Source: Callorhinchus milii
Lineage: Eukaryota
DNA: 64,000 nt
NCBI RefSeq assembly: GCF_018977255.1
Contig: NW_024704742.1
Location: 133,488,001 to 133,552,000 of the forward strand
Direction: 5' to 3'
This document shows, in pieces, positions 53,120 through 64,000 of this stretch. Position numbers and translations under genes: made by a program. The notes under the pieces are model-generated. The model was not told where the DNA came from. It saw only the letters and a program-made list of their open reading frames with translations, and searched no databases. Positions within the stretch are counted from its first letter, which is position 1. Each line of letters starts with the position of its first letter.

Positions 53120-53640
53120 CAGGGACAGAGAGAGAGAGAGTCACACACACACTTTCTCTGAGAAAGAGAGACAGACACACACTCTCTTTTTCTCTGAAAG
53201 ACATACATACACACACACACACACACACACTCTCTGATACACTCACCCTCTCTCTGAAACATACACCCACACACAAATGCACTCTTTCTCTGAGAAAGAG
53301 AGACACACACTCTTTCCCTCTCTCTTTCTCTGAGAGAGACACACACTCTACACTCTTTCCCTTCTCTTTCTCTGAGAGTGAGACACACACACTCTTTCCC
53401 TCTCTCTTTCTCTCAGAGAGAGACACACACTCTTTCCCTCTCTCTTTCTCTGAGAGAGAGACATACACTCTTTCCCTCTCTCTTTCTCTGAGAGAGAGAG
53501 ACACACACACTCTCCTTTCTCTGAGACACACACATTCTCTCACTTCTTCCCCTTCTCTCTCTGAAACGCACACACACACTCTCTCCCTCTCTCTCTCTCT
53601 CTGAAACGCACACACACACTCTCTCCCTCTCCCTCTCCCT
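53120..53640. repeat. CT/CA compound repeat abutting the RXFP3 stop codon (3' UTR)
   Basis: ~40 bp units of ctctttccctctctctttctctgagagagagacacac. Confidence 0.92.
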
Positions 53641-54870
53641 CTAGTATCGCTGTTCTGTAGAGTTGGCTGGTAAGATGTCATAGTGGCTGTTGTAGATGAC
53701 TGCTCCTGGGGGATAGTACAAGATTTCGGGTTGAATCGGGTTCAAGGGGGTCATTGAATGTCTCTGATCGTCTCTCTCGGGTTTGGTGGTGGCCGTGAAG
53801 GGGCGCATGTTGGTGGTGGTGGTGGGAGAGGTCACCCTCCAGAACATGTTCCTCAAGGCTTTCCTGAACTCTCTCCTCATCAGACAGTACAGCACGGGGT
53901 TGAGGCAGCTGTTGGTGTGAGCCAAGCACACGGTGACTGGGAAGACGTAAACCTGGAGCGTGTAGTACGCGGAGCTGAAGTGAACCGCGTTGAACTTGAC
54001 CAAAATGCCCCAGAGAGTTGCGGTCTGGTTGGGGAGCCAGCAGAGGAAGAAAGACAGGACCACGATGGTGACCGACTTGGTCACCTTGGACCTCCTTTTG
54101 GTGCTGGAGGAGTTGACGTTCTTGTTGGTCACGTAGCGCAAGAGGAGCAAGTAGCAGATGGTGATGATTCCCAGTGGGATGACGAAGCCCAGCAGGACCT
54201 TCTGGATGTGGTAGAGCCCCATCCAGAACTGGGAAGAGTTGTTGTCATCCGGGAAGCGGACCAGGCACAGTTCCACGTTGGCGATCCTGGAGGTGGTGGA
54301 GAAGATAGCGCTGGGGATGGTGGCGAGCAGAGCCGAGACCCAGATCAAGACGCTCATCCACTTGGCCGAGCATCCGAGAGGCTGCCTTCTGGGCTTGAGA
54401 GCCGAAGCCACCGACCAGTACCTGACGATGCTCATGGCGGTCAAGAAAAAGACGCTGGCGTACATGTTCATGACGGTCACCGAGATGACTATCTTGCACA
54501 TCATCTTGCCGAAGGGCCAACTGAAATCCAGGGCAGTGTCCACAGCCCAGAAGGGCATGGTCAGGACGAATTGAAAATCGGTGGCCGCCAAGCAGGTGAC
54601 GAAGACGTTGATGGAGGACTTTTTCCACCCTTGCCTGCTCTTCATCAGGTAGAGGACCAGCACGTTGCCAATCAGTCCCAGGGCGCAAACTATCGAATAC
54701 ACGATGGATATGACTATGGACATAGCCGGCCACCCTTCGCTGTGGACCTCCGACCCGTCCATCTCCAGGTAGGGCATCAACTCGTCCAGAGTCTGGTTGG
54801 TCTTGTTGTAGGTGTTGCTTCGATCCAGGAAAAGGTTGGGAAACATCTCAGCTCTGTACCTCTCTACCAT
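53641..54870 (-). CDS. RXFP3: Relaxin-3 receptor 1 (class A GPCR), intronless, 409 aa
   Basis: 7TM motifs GNVLV, LAATDFQFVLTMPFWA, MNMYASVFFLTAMSIVRY (non-DRY, as in RXFP3), CWLPNQ and HTNSCLNPVLY. The ORF-track start at 54918 is TTG; the first ATG, at 54870, has the Kozak context GCCATGG. Convergent on SLC45A2, as in human. Confidence 0.95.
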   Translation of the reverse strand: MVERYRAEMFPNLFLDRSNTYNKTNQTLDELMPYLEMDGSEVHSEGWPAMSIVISIVYSIVCALGLIGNVLVLYLMKSRQGWKKSSINVFVTCLAATDFQFVLTMPFWAVDTALDFSWPFGKMMCKIVISVTVMNMYASVFFLTAMSIVRYWSVASALKPRRQPLGCSAKWMSVLIWVSALLATIPSAIFSTTSRIANVELCLVRFPDDNNSSQFWMGLYHIQKVLLGFVIPLGIITICYLLLLRYVTNKNVNSSSTKRRSKVTKSVTIVVLSFFLCWLPNQTATLWGILVKFNAVHFSSAYYTLQVYVFPVTVCLAHTNSCLNPVLYCLMRREFRKALRNMFWRVTSPTTTTNMRPFTATTKPERDDQRHSMTPLNPIQPEILYYPPGAVIYNSHYDILPANSTEQRY

Positions 54871-55142
54871 GGCTCTGAGTCGCAGACTTACCCGCTCCTC
54901 CCCCTTCCCCCTTCCCAAGTGAAACGAGTGTTCCGGTGGACGGGCGGTGTAAGGGCGCGTTCAGCCCATGATCAGGCGCTTGGGGGCGTCCGGAGTGGCG
55001 GATCGCTTTCTGCGGCAGCGTTTATCCGGATTCATCTTCTGAAGGAAAAAGGGAGAGAGAGAAGGGAGAGAGGAGAGAGAGAGAGAGAGAGAGAAAAACA
55101 CACACACACACCCCCCCCCACCCCCAGAGCAACGATCACCTC

Positions 55143-55150
55143 TTTATATA
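55143..55150 (-). promoter_or_regulatory. Candidate TATA box for RXFP3
   Basis: TATATAAA on the minus strand ~275 nt upstream of the ATG, next to a CpG-rich 5' leader. Confidence 0.4.
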
Positions 55151-58100
55151 GACCCCATCGTTCGCCACCGTCACATTACACCGACAAGTGGGCAGTTCAG
55201 GGGAACGCATGCGTCCTCTCCACTCAGCATTGCCCAGGGATTGACAGTGATGCCAATTTCACTTAAACGGGAGATGCTTTGGGTGAGATTTTTTTTTTTT
55301 TGGGGGGGTGTTTTGAGCAATGCATCCCCTCGCATGACTGCGGTTTGGGGTCGTAGAGATTGCATTGCAACTCAGTTTTGCATCCACATTGCACTCACTC
55401 ACTGTTTGCACCGTTCTGTGTCTCAGTCCCACTCACTCACTCTCACTCACTCACTCACTGTGAAGGGGTCTCCTTCACTCTATTGGGATGTGTCCCCCCC
55501 CCCCCTCGGAAGACAGACAGTGTCATTGCACATTAATGCTAATATCTAATATCTCACCATCATAATGACTCTCGCGTCGGAAAAAGCTGAGTCGCTTCTA
55601 AAAATAACGTTTGAAATAAGTGATCTGCATTCACTTCGAAACGTCTCCCAAAGTGGCTTTAAAGCTAAATATCATCGATTTGGGGAGTCGAAAGCGGACA
55701 CATACGGTGATTTAACAGAAGAATACACACACATGTGAATTTGTGATTTAAAAGAATATATGTAAAATCAGAAGAAAATAAAGAAACTCTCAAAAGAGGT
55801 CTGTATTTTGAAATTTAAGATATTATATATACATATACATCATATATTTATAATGTATATGTGATGTGTAGATTGTCTTATTACATGTATTTTATATGTA
55901 TGTATAGCTATATTTTCCATATTTATATATATGTATATATATGTGTGTTCAGGTGTATTGAATATGACTCTCTATATGAGTTGCAATGCAAGTATAAGAT
56001 GTAAAAAATAATATTTTAGGTTAGATGCAGATTTGCTAAGTGTTAAACGAGGCAAATAGGCAAAGGGTATCAATCAGAACATGTCCCATCACTTCATTGC
56101 TAGTGGTTTCAGAGGAAAGAGGTAAGTGTATCCATGGGAACTGAAAGGATTGCAAACTGGTGTATGGTCAAACATACGGTCTGTCCGGTGTGGAGAGAGA
56201 TAACTATAATAATAATTGCAATCCTTGCATTTGATATAACTCCGTGTCACGTTGTTGAGACGTCTCAAAGCGCTCCATAGCATACACTGTAAAGTGAATT
56301 ACCCGTGTGTGTATTTTCAGGAGACATTCAAGGTACAAGGCAGGTTTCCCAACAAATACACAGTGCAAATGTTCGAAACAGGGAATAATAATAATAATAT
56401 TAATCGTTGCATTTGATATAGTGGTTTCACGTCTTCTGGGCGTTTATTTTTGCCTTTTGTTTATTTTTGCCTTTTGTTTATTTTTGCCTTCATCTTTGTT
56501 AACAATCACCCGTTTCCCCCTCTTCCCTTCCCTATTCATTCCCACCACCCACACCTCCCACCGCACCCCCCCCCACTCCCAACTCCCAACTCTACCAGGA
56601 CATACTAACATAGCAAATTCTCAAAGTGGTATAAAGTTCCCAACCAGCTAAATGATGTGAGTGGTGTGTTGGGAGGGGAGTTCATCTTGATCACTGCTGT
56701 GTTTGAGATTCACAATAGCCAGTAGATTTCTTTCCCCCAAACAAACAAACAAACAAACAATCACCTAAATATTTCTGAACTTGGGAGAGAAGTTTTCCAA
56801 ACCCACAATGTTAACCAAAAACATCACAATTCATGTTTAGTGGAAGCGCTTTCACACCGACCATCTGTTTTGTATGAAAGTTACTGCCTTAAAATAATAA
56901 TAATAATAATCCTTTGCATTTGGGGAGAAAGCAGGAAATCGGAATTGAAAGGATTAGTTGAAGTGTAGATCAGCCAGTCATGGTCTAATTAAATAGCGGA
57001 ACAGGCTCGAAGGGCTGAATGGCCTCTTCCTGTTCTTATGATATAGCGCCTTATCAGGTCTTCGAAACGTCTCAAAGCGCTTCACTGGATACACTGTAAA
57101 GTGTGGTTTGTGGGCGAAAATAGTCTTGGTTAGTTTAAACACAGGCTGTCGTTTTGAGGGTAGAGAATTGGCTTCATACAAGTTCTGCCCTTTATACAAT
57201 TGGCTTATTTTTCGATGTGATGTTTTTCTTTTAAAATGTGCAAATCTTTTATGGTTTTAGTTTAATGTCCCGTCCTGTCCGACCAAGTGGGTGACACAGA
57301 CAGTATTACAGACTGAGTGTGAAGGCGCTAACTAAAATGTAAAACGTTTGTGAAATCGCTACCCATCAAGTCTTTGCCGTTAACACTTAAGTGCAGCGTG
57401 AACAGAAACAACAACCGAGTGCTCGACAGACTCAATAAAGTGGGGAAATAAATGGGCTTTCAATATAATTGCACAGAGCGCTGCAGCAGTGTCTTGGCAA
57501 TAAGGCAGAACAAGTTCAAATCCACTTGGGTAATGATTTCACTTGGGTATTGACTGTGTGAAAGACGCGAAGGAGAGATGGGTTATTGTTGAAGGAACCC
57601 CAATGATGGAGATTTGTGGTCGGGACGTTGGCAGGACACTCTGAATCGCCTGTCTCCACAGCTTTACAAAAAAAAATGTTTATGTTTTTTAAAATGAATC
57701 TCTTAAAATAGCCCTTCTCTCTTCCCTCTCTCCCTCCCTCACTCTCTCTCTCTCTCTCTCTTTGTGAGAAAGCCAGACAATGTTGTGTGACACACAAAAC
57801 ACAAGAGAAAGGGGGGGAAACCAGAATTTATATATAAATATATATATATACACTGTATATAATATATACTATATATGTGGTTTGTGTGTGTATGTGTGGT
57901 GGGGGGGTAAAGCCGAAAGTTACTGGAGAAAGTCAGGAGAGGGGAGTGGATGATAGTGAAAGGAGGAAACAATTGGGTGAAAATGCACGTGTGTTGTGAT
58001 GATAATCGCTTGTGATAGTTATCACATCGAATACCGAATTTTCACCCCCTTTTAAGGCTGTGGGTGAGGAGAATGGAGATCGTGTATGACACTGTAAGGG

Positions 58101-58375
58101 TTCAGTGTCGCTTTCAGTGTCACCTTGAGTGTGAGGTGCTGTGGTGAGGGACAGGGAGCCAGTCTGTGCTATTGCTGCAGTTTGACCTCTCACAGCGCAC
58201 GTTTGCCCCATTCGCAATGCCAAAGGATAACCTCCCCAATTCAAAGGGCCACGGACGGTTCCCCGCCTCATACTTTTCGGATTACTTCCAAAGATAAGAT
58301 TGCAAATAAAGATTAAAAGCAATAAATGAGCCCAATAACGAGATAGCTATTCTTTCTTTGAGATGGACGAGATTC

Positions 58376-58830
58376 TTAGAGAGAGAGAGAGGTGGGGGGG
58401 GGAGAGAGAGGGAGAATGGAGAGAGGGGCAGGGGGTGGGGGGAGAGAGAAAGGGGGAAGAGAGAGAGGGGGAAAGGAGAGAGAGAGGGGAATAGAGAGAG
58501 TGGGGGAGAGACAGGGGAAGACGAGAGAGGGGGAAAGAGAAAGAGGTGGGGAGAGAGAGGGGGAATAGAGAGAGAGGGGGAGAGAGGCGGGGGAGAGAGA
58601 GGGGGGTAGAAAGTGAGGGGGGAGAGAGGGGGGGAAGAGAGAGAGAGGGGAATAGAGAGAGGAGGGGGGAAGAGAGGGGAAGAAGAGAGAGAGGGCAAAG
58701 AGAGAGGGGGGGAGAGAGAGAAGGGGGGAAGAGAGAGAGAGGGGTAGAGAAAGAGAAGGGGGGAAGAGAGAGAGGGGGAAGAGAGAGAAGAGAGAGAGAG
58801 AGTGGGGGTGTGGGAGAGAGAGGATGAGAA
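58376..58830. repeat. GA-rich polypurine tract
   Basis: Low-complexity G/A sequence. Confidence 0.95.
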
Positions 58831-59262
58831 AAGGTATAGGATGAACCGAGAGTGTTACTGAAATCATCCAATGCTCCACTCACAGGTAAAAGAGTTCCTG
58901 TGAAACTTTACACACTGAAGAGTTGTGACAATAGAAAACATATCAACTCACTGAGCAAAAGCGCTTGAGCACAAACTGCTCTATTTATATTATTGTGGCA
59001 AATGTCTTTTGCAAATGCTTTATAATAATAATAATAATAATAATAATAAAACTCCCCCAATTCCGTCCCATTTTTTGAGACCAAATGAGGAGAGAGGGTT
59101 AAGTTAACTTGGAGAGAGTTTAAAATCCATCTGAGTACCTGGATCTGGATATATAAATAATATGTTGTTGAGTTTCAGCAGGTGTGAAATATTGGAAAAG
59201 TCTTGAATTCAGTCTTAATTAATTGGGTTCTTTTAAGAGCCTACAGTAAAACTGGCTTCAGG

Positions 59263-59315
<53 letters not shown>
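59263..59315. repeat. (ATA)n microsatellite
   Basis: Perfect trinucleotide run. Confidence 0.95.
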
Positions 59316-59316
<1 letters not shown>

Positions 59317-60394
59317 TGCCCATTCAGAAATGTTAAGGAAAAAAACAGTCTTAAGCCTGGATTCAGGTGGAGTTTTTTTCTCTCTCTCTTTCCCCCTGAA
59401 GCAAATCTCCAGCCAACAATCTCTCTATTTCCAATTTCCACTGCAGATTACCTGCACTTCCACCCAATCGCCTCCAGATGACTCTAACGTATCGATTTCG
59501 GTTCAAGATGCAAGTAATAGCCAGTAACTAAATGGGTCAATAAAGTATCAGTGTGGCTCAGAGCATTAGCTTTCACTCACCTCAGTGGATTACTCCCACT
59601 AAAGAATGGACACCAGTATAATTTGATAATAATGATCCTTGATTTGATATTGCACCTAATCACGTCTTTGAGATGCCTCAAAGCGCTTCATAGAATATAC
59701 TGTAAAGTGAATTACCTGTGTGTGTATTTTCGGGAGACGTACAAGGAACATTTTTGTGGGCGAAATGCAGCAGCCACAGCAGTGTCCCACAAACAGTCGT
59801 GGAGTGAGTGACCAAATAATTATTTTTAAAAAAAGGTTTTTGAATGAATCATTAACCCCGGAAATGCGATCCGACAATCGATTAACAGCCAGTAACCTAC
59901 TTTCAGCTAGGTTAACAGACGTATGGATTAAGGAAACTTGCCCAACATTTCGCCCTATCCGGGAATCGAACCCAGGTTGTCTCGCTTGCGAGGCAAGTGC
60001 TCCAATCCCTAAGCTACAGAACTCCACTTGATGTGGTTGTTTTTATAAGTGTAGATGCTACGTGAGCTTCTGAAAACCTGGTTAAATTGATTTCTTTTCC
60101 TACTCTCAATTCATGAGAGTGCTCACGTCTACTCCTAGCTGCTTCGAATATTACTTGGCTGTAACTTCAATCTACCTTGGCATAATTAGCTATCTGGAAA
60201 GTCCTTGTGCGAGATTGTAAAGTCCTTCAAAACAGTACTTTCTCAGTTCTTCCAACGCAGTGAATGTTTCTGTAACACAGCTCTAGGGGCTTACCTTTCA
60301 CTAAGTGCAGCTATGTAAGTCCTCTGGTACTGACACTTGTGCCTTTCACAGGTCTGCCTCTACGATTTCAAAAGTGATTGATTAAGACAACAGA

Positions 60395-60840
60395 GGGGCT
60401 CAGTTAACACTGTAGCACTCTCACCTCCGAGTCAGGAGGTTGTCGGTTCACAACCCCAAGTCAGGGTTTTGAACTCACGTGGTCTAGGCTGATACTCCAG
60501 TACAGTATTGGGGGGGGTGTCGCACTGTCAGAGATGCCATCCTTTGGATGAGATATTAAAACCGAGAACCCGGGAGCCTGCTCAGGCGGATGTTAAAGAT
60601 TCCAGGCACTTTCCAAAAAAGAGAAGGCAGTTTCTCTTTTCTCTCTGTGTCCTGGCCAACAATTCCCCATTTAAAATGGGTCATTCACTTCATGGCTGTT
60701 TGGGGGACATTGCTGAGCGAAAAATGGCTGCCGCATGGGCCTACACATGCAATTCCCTACACTTTATAGTAAATCCTGTGAAGCGCTTTGAGACATCCTC
60801 CCCACTTGAAAGGCGGCGTATCAAACGCAAGGGTTAATAT
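60395..60840 (+). mobile_element. Older tRNA-headed SINE with a DeuSINE-like central domain. Other copies at ~2340-2430, 3650-3930, 11840-12260, 29345-29770, 41320-41515, 43815-44226
   Basis: Head gctcagtt...ctctgagtcagaaggttgtgggttcaag. Core ggatgag..ttaaaccgagg...aaagatcccatggcact...gtgtcctggccaac resembles the Deu domain (recalled, not aligned). Confidence 0.7.
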
Positions 60841-62329
60841 TCCTATTCTTTTTGCGTCCAAAATTTATATGGATAACTAAAACGCAATACAAAAAAAAAA
60901 CATAAAATGCAAATAAAATGGTCTTCCAATTTGTCCTATTAGAAGGCGGAAAGATTTTTGATTTGCATCTGGCAAGAAATTTGAAAAAAANTTAAGTTAT
61001 TTGAGCATCAGAAATGGTTCCTGCAAATCGGTCTTTCTGCCAAAATAAAAGGTAACATGGATTTGCACTGGACTTAAGCATTCCCTCCCTTTGTGGAAAT
61101 GTATGATAAATAAGTTGCTCTGCACACATTTTGAAACGGGGGTGAGGGGAGGGGTTCACCGGGCAATCGAAGGGTTAAATGAGGAGGAGTATTCTTATGT
61201 GGAAACACTATTTCACTGAGCCGGTAGTAAATGTGGAACAGGCTCCCAAGGAGACGGTGGAAGCAGAAAGTGTTGATTCTTTCAAGATCAAATTGGGTAG
61301 ATTTCTGTTAGGAAATGATATCTCGGGATACAGTATGTTTATAGTTTGGCACATGGCAGCGTGCATGTGACGGCCAGGAATGTGGAAGGCGAACTGGATG
61401 TACTTTAATTTTCTTTCTCCTAGCAATTTCTATGTTCCTCTTTCAATTGTATTTAGGTAACTCGGCCTCGTGTTTGTCAGCTATTTCCAGGAGAATAACT
61501 AGGTCAGGGATTGCCTGCAATGTCCATCCTCCTAACAAAACAGAGGTTACGATTCAATGCCTCATTTAGGTTATTAAGTTGTAATATATATATTAAGTTA
61601 TTATAATATTAATATTATTAGAAGTTGAACTTAGAAGTTCAAAAACAGGTCTTTGGTGCTTTTGTGTGCGGGCACGAGTACATCAATAATAATAATCCTT
61701 GCATTTTTCACATGGCGCCTTATCACGTTGTTGAGACAGCTCAACGTGCTTCACAGAATATCCTGTAAAGTGAATTGACTGTGTATTTGTGGGAGTGTTG
61801 CTATTTAATTGCCAGTGCAAACATCACTTTAGTTTAATCATTGTTGGGCTTTGGCTTCCGAATGATAAATGACATCTTTAACAAGTTGTGCCTTTGGGGT
61901 GTGAGTTTTAAGGCTTGCAAATGCCTTCCCCCCCCACCCACCCCACCTTCTAAAACACTCTTAGAAACAGGGTGGACTTGCACTCATCTGTGGAAATCCA
62001 AGCCAGTCTTGCATGGTATCTGTTGGCTTGTGTTGTGCCGCGGGGGTAGGTTTTGAGATCAGACTTGACTGAATGAAATCGACAAGGGCGCGTCCTCCAA
62101 GTCCACACACAAGGGGTGAGTGTGTGAGTGATGTGATTGAGCTGGATTTAAGCTGTAACTTGCACAGCTGCTGTCAGGCGCAGGAAACAGACATGTTTTG
62201 TTTGCTGAAAACATGGGAGAAAGTTGCAAGTAAGCAGTGTTGGTGAAATAAAAGACGTTTCAAATTAAAAACCCCGGCTTGTGCTATACATAACAAAAGG
62301 CGAGTGAAAGCAATATTGTATTGTTCCGA

Positions 62330-62900
62330 ATTTACATTTTAATTTGCATTATATATAATTATATATGACAAATAATATATATAATTTAAATGTAAAACGT
62401 AAATGTTTACATATAATAAATGCATTTAACAAGCAAATGCAAGTATTATTAAAATGCAAATGCAAACATTATATAATAAATACATTTATACAGTATATAC
62501 CCTAAAACTATTATAGTTTAAAATTTTAATAATTATAACATTTATACACTTTGCATTATATATAATTACATACGACATATATAATTGTATATGACATATA
62601 TATAATTTAAATGTAAAACGTAAATGTTTATATATAATATTAAATACATTTAACATGCAAATATTATTAAAATGCAAATGCAAACATTATATAATTAATA
62701 CATTTAACATTTACATTTTAATTTGCATATATAGTATATACGCTGTCAAATTCTTATCGTTTAAAATTTTAATAATTATAACACTTTTAATCATTAACAT
62801 TTAAATAATACTAATACTAAATTCAATGATATTTAGATATAATACAATATATAATTTTATATATTGTATACAAATTATAATGCAAATTCGATTAATGCAT
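62330..62900. repeat. Very AT-rich region with a ~110 bp direct duplication (~62378-62488 and ~62600-62706)
   Basis: tatataatttaaatgtaaaacgtaaatgttta...aaaatgcaaatgcaaacattatataa occurs twice. Confidence 0.8.
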
Positions 62901-63208
62901 ATACTTCGGTGTGTATATATAAAACGCAAATGCAAATAAAATGCCTGTACCAATGATGCAGGACTCTGATATCCATAGCCTTTTTTTTAAAAAAAAGCCA
63001 CACTCATTTAAAAGTTTAATACTGTAGCTTGCAATTGCTATACCCATCTCCCTTCAAGAGGCCCCGAAATACATCAGTCTGTCTTCAGTGCAACATCAAA
63101 CTTGGTGAATTCTTAATTCCTGTCTGAATGTGGAACCTGATCTCTTATCCAGAACTGTGGCAAACTCCCTTCTTTCAAAACACAACATACTGCAGCTGCT
63201 GAAAATCT

Positions 63209-63420
63209 GAAACAAAAACAGAAGTCGCCGGGAATACTCAGTAGGTCAGGCAGCATCTATGGAGAAAGGAAAGTAACTCAATGTTTAGGGTCCACAACTC
63301 TTTTGTCGGAACGAAAAGTCAGAACGAAAGGTTGTGGACCCCAAACAATGACTCACTTTCCTTTCTCCATAGATGCTGCCTGACCCGCTGAGTGTTCCCA
63401 GCGATTTCTGTTTTTGTTCC
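63209..63420. repeat. ~210 bp imperfect palindrome (foldback element)
   Basis: Arms aacaaaaacagaa..actcag..ggtcaggcagcatctatggagaaaggaaagt and actttcctttctccatagatgctgcctgacc..ctgagt..ttctgtttttgtt. Confidence 0.9.
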
Positions 63421-64000
63421 CTTCTTTCAACTGCAGACTGGATTTAAGATCTGTCACTTCCCTCTCTGGTGCATTTGATATAATGCCTTATCACATCTTC
63501 GAGACGTCTCAAAACTCTTCACAGAATATACTGTGAAGTGAATTGACTGTATTTTGGGGGCGAAACGTCGCAGCCAATTGCGCACAGCAGTGTTCCACAA
63601 TCAGTCTTGTGTTGAGTGACCAAATTTTTTTTGGGAAGAAATCTATCCCAACTTTACATTTTTGCAGGCCACATGGGCTTTATTGCTTTGAGATTAGATT
63701 GACATTAGAAACTAGATTGTGTACATGCATTAACATGTACACATCTGCCAAAAAAAATGCACATACATTTCTGTAAATAGGAATTACTGAGAGACTGCCA
63801 TGGGCAGTTAAGTTATTGAACCCTCCCTCTTTCAAGAAATAAGACGCTCAATTTTTTTCTCTCTCTCTCACTCCCCCTTTTTTTCAGCAATCGCTGACTT
63901 TTTGTTTCTTTTGGTTTTTCTTGGTGATCACAAGAACAACTTAGATTCCTTCCACTTTCCACTTCTTCCTGCTTTTCTCTCTCTCTCTCTCTCTCTCTCT

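Noticed and set aside
54871..54918. N-terminal extension of RXFP3 in the ORF track
   Set aside because: Starts at TTG; the ATG at 54870 has a strong Kozak context.
53758..55266. 502-aa plus-strand ORF
   Set aside because: Antisense shadow of the GC3-rich RXFP3 CDS, with no recognisable domain.
60991..60991. Single N base
   Set aside because: Assembly ambiguity, not biology. It does caution that single-base anomalies elsewhere may be errors.

Overview
Vertebrate genomic DNA. The repeat landscape and protein divergence suggest a cartilaginous fish, possibly a holocephalan (inference). The window holds three genes in the same order and orientation as the human 5p13 block. AMACR (+) has 5 coding exons, 382 aa, a C-terminal -AKL PTS1, and a probable extra 5' non-coding exon in a CpG island at ~6.1-6.9 kb. 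SLC45A2 (+) has 7 coding exons, ~517 aa, and a GC-AG intron 1. RXFP3 (-) is intronless, 409 aa. The rest is dense with tRNA-headed SINEs, L2 and CR1 LINE fragments, and simple repeats. The most notable observations are: (1) an antisense endogenous retrovirus relic in SLC45A2 intron 4, with a spuma/loki-like YVDD RT, an integrase, an env remnant, a PPT and a ~1.3 kb LTR that appears to carry a decayed ORF; (2) an out-of-order ~90%-identical copy of SLC45A2 exon 6 inside intron 3, bracketed by retroposon ends and with usable splice sites; (3) several L2 3' fragments truncated at the same point; (4) a hAT-like MITE nested in a SINE; (5) a ~210 bp palindrome. Everything was read by eye. Exon boundaries were checked for phase; repeat boundaries are approximate.
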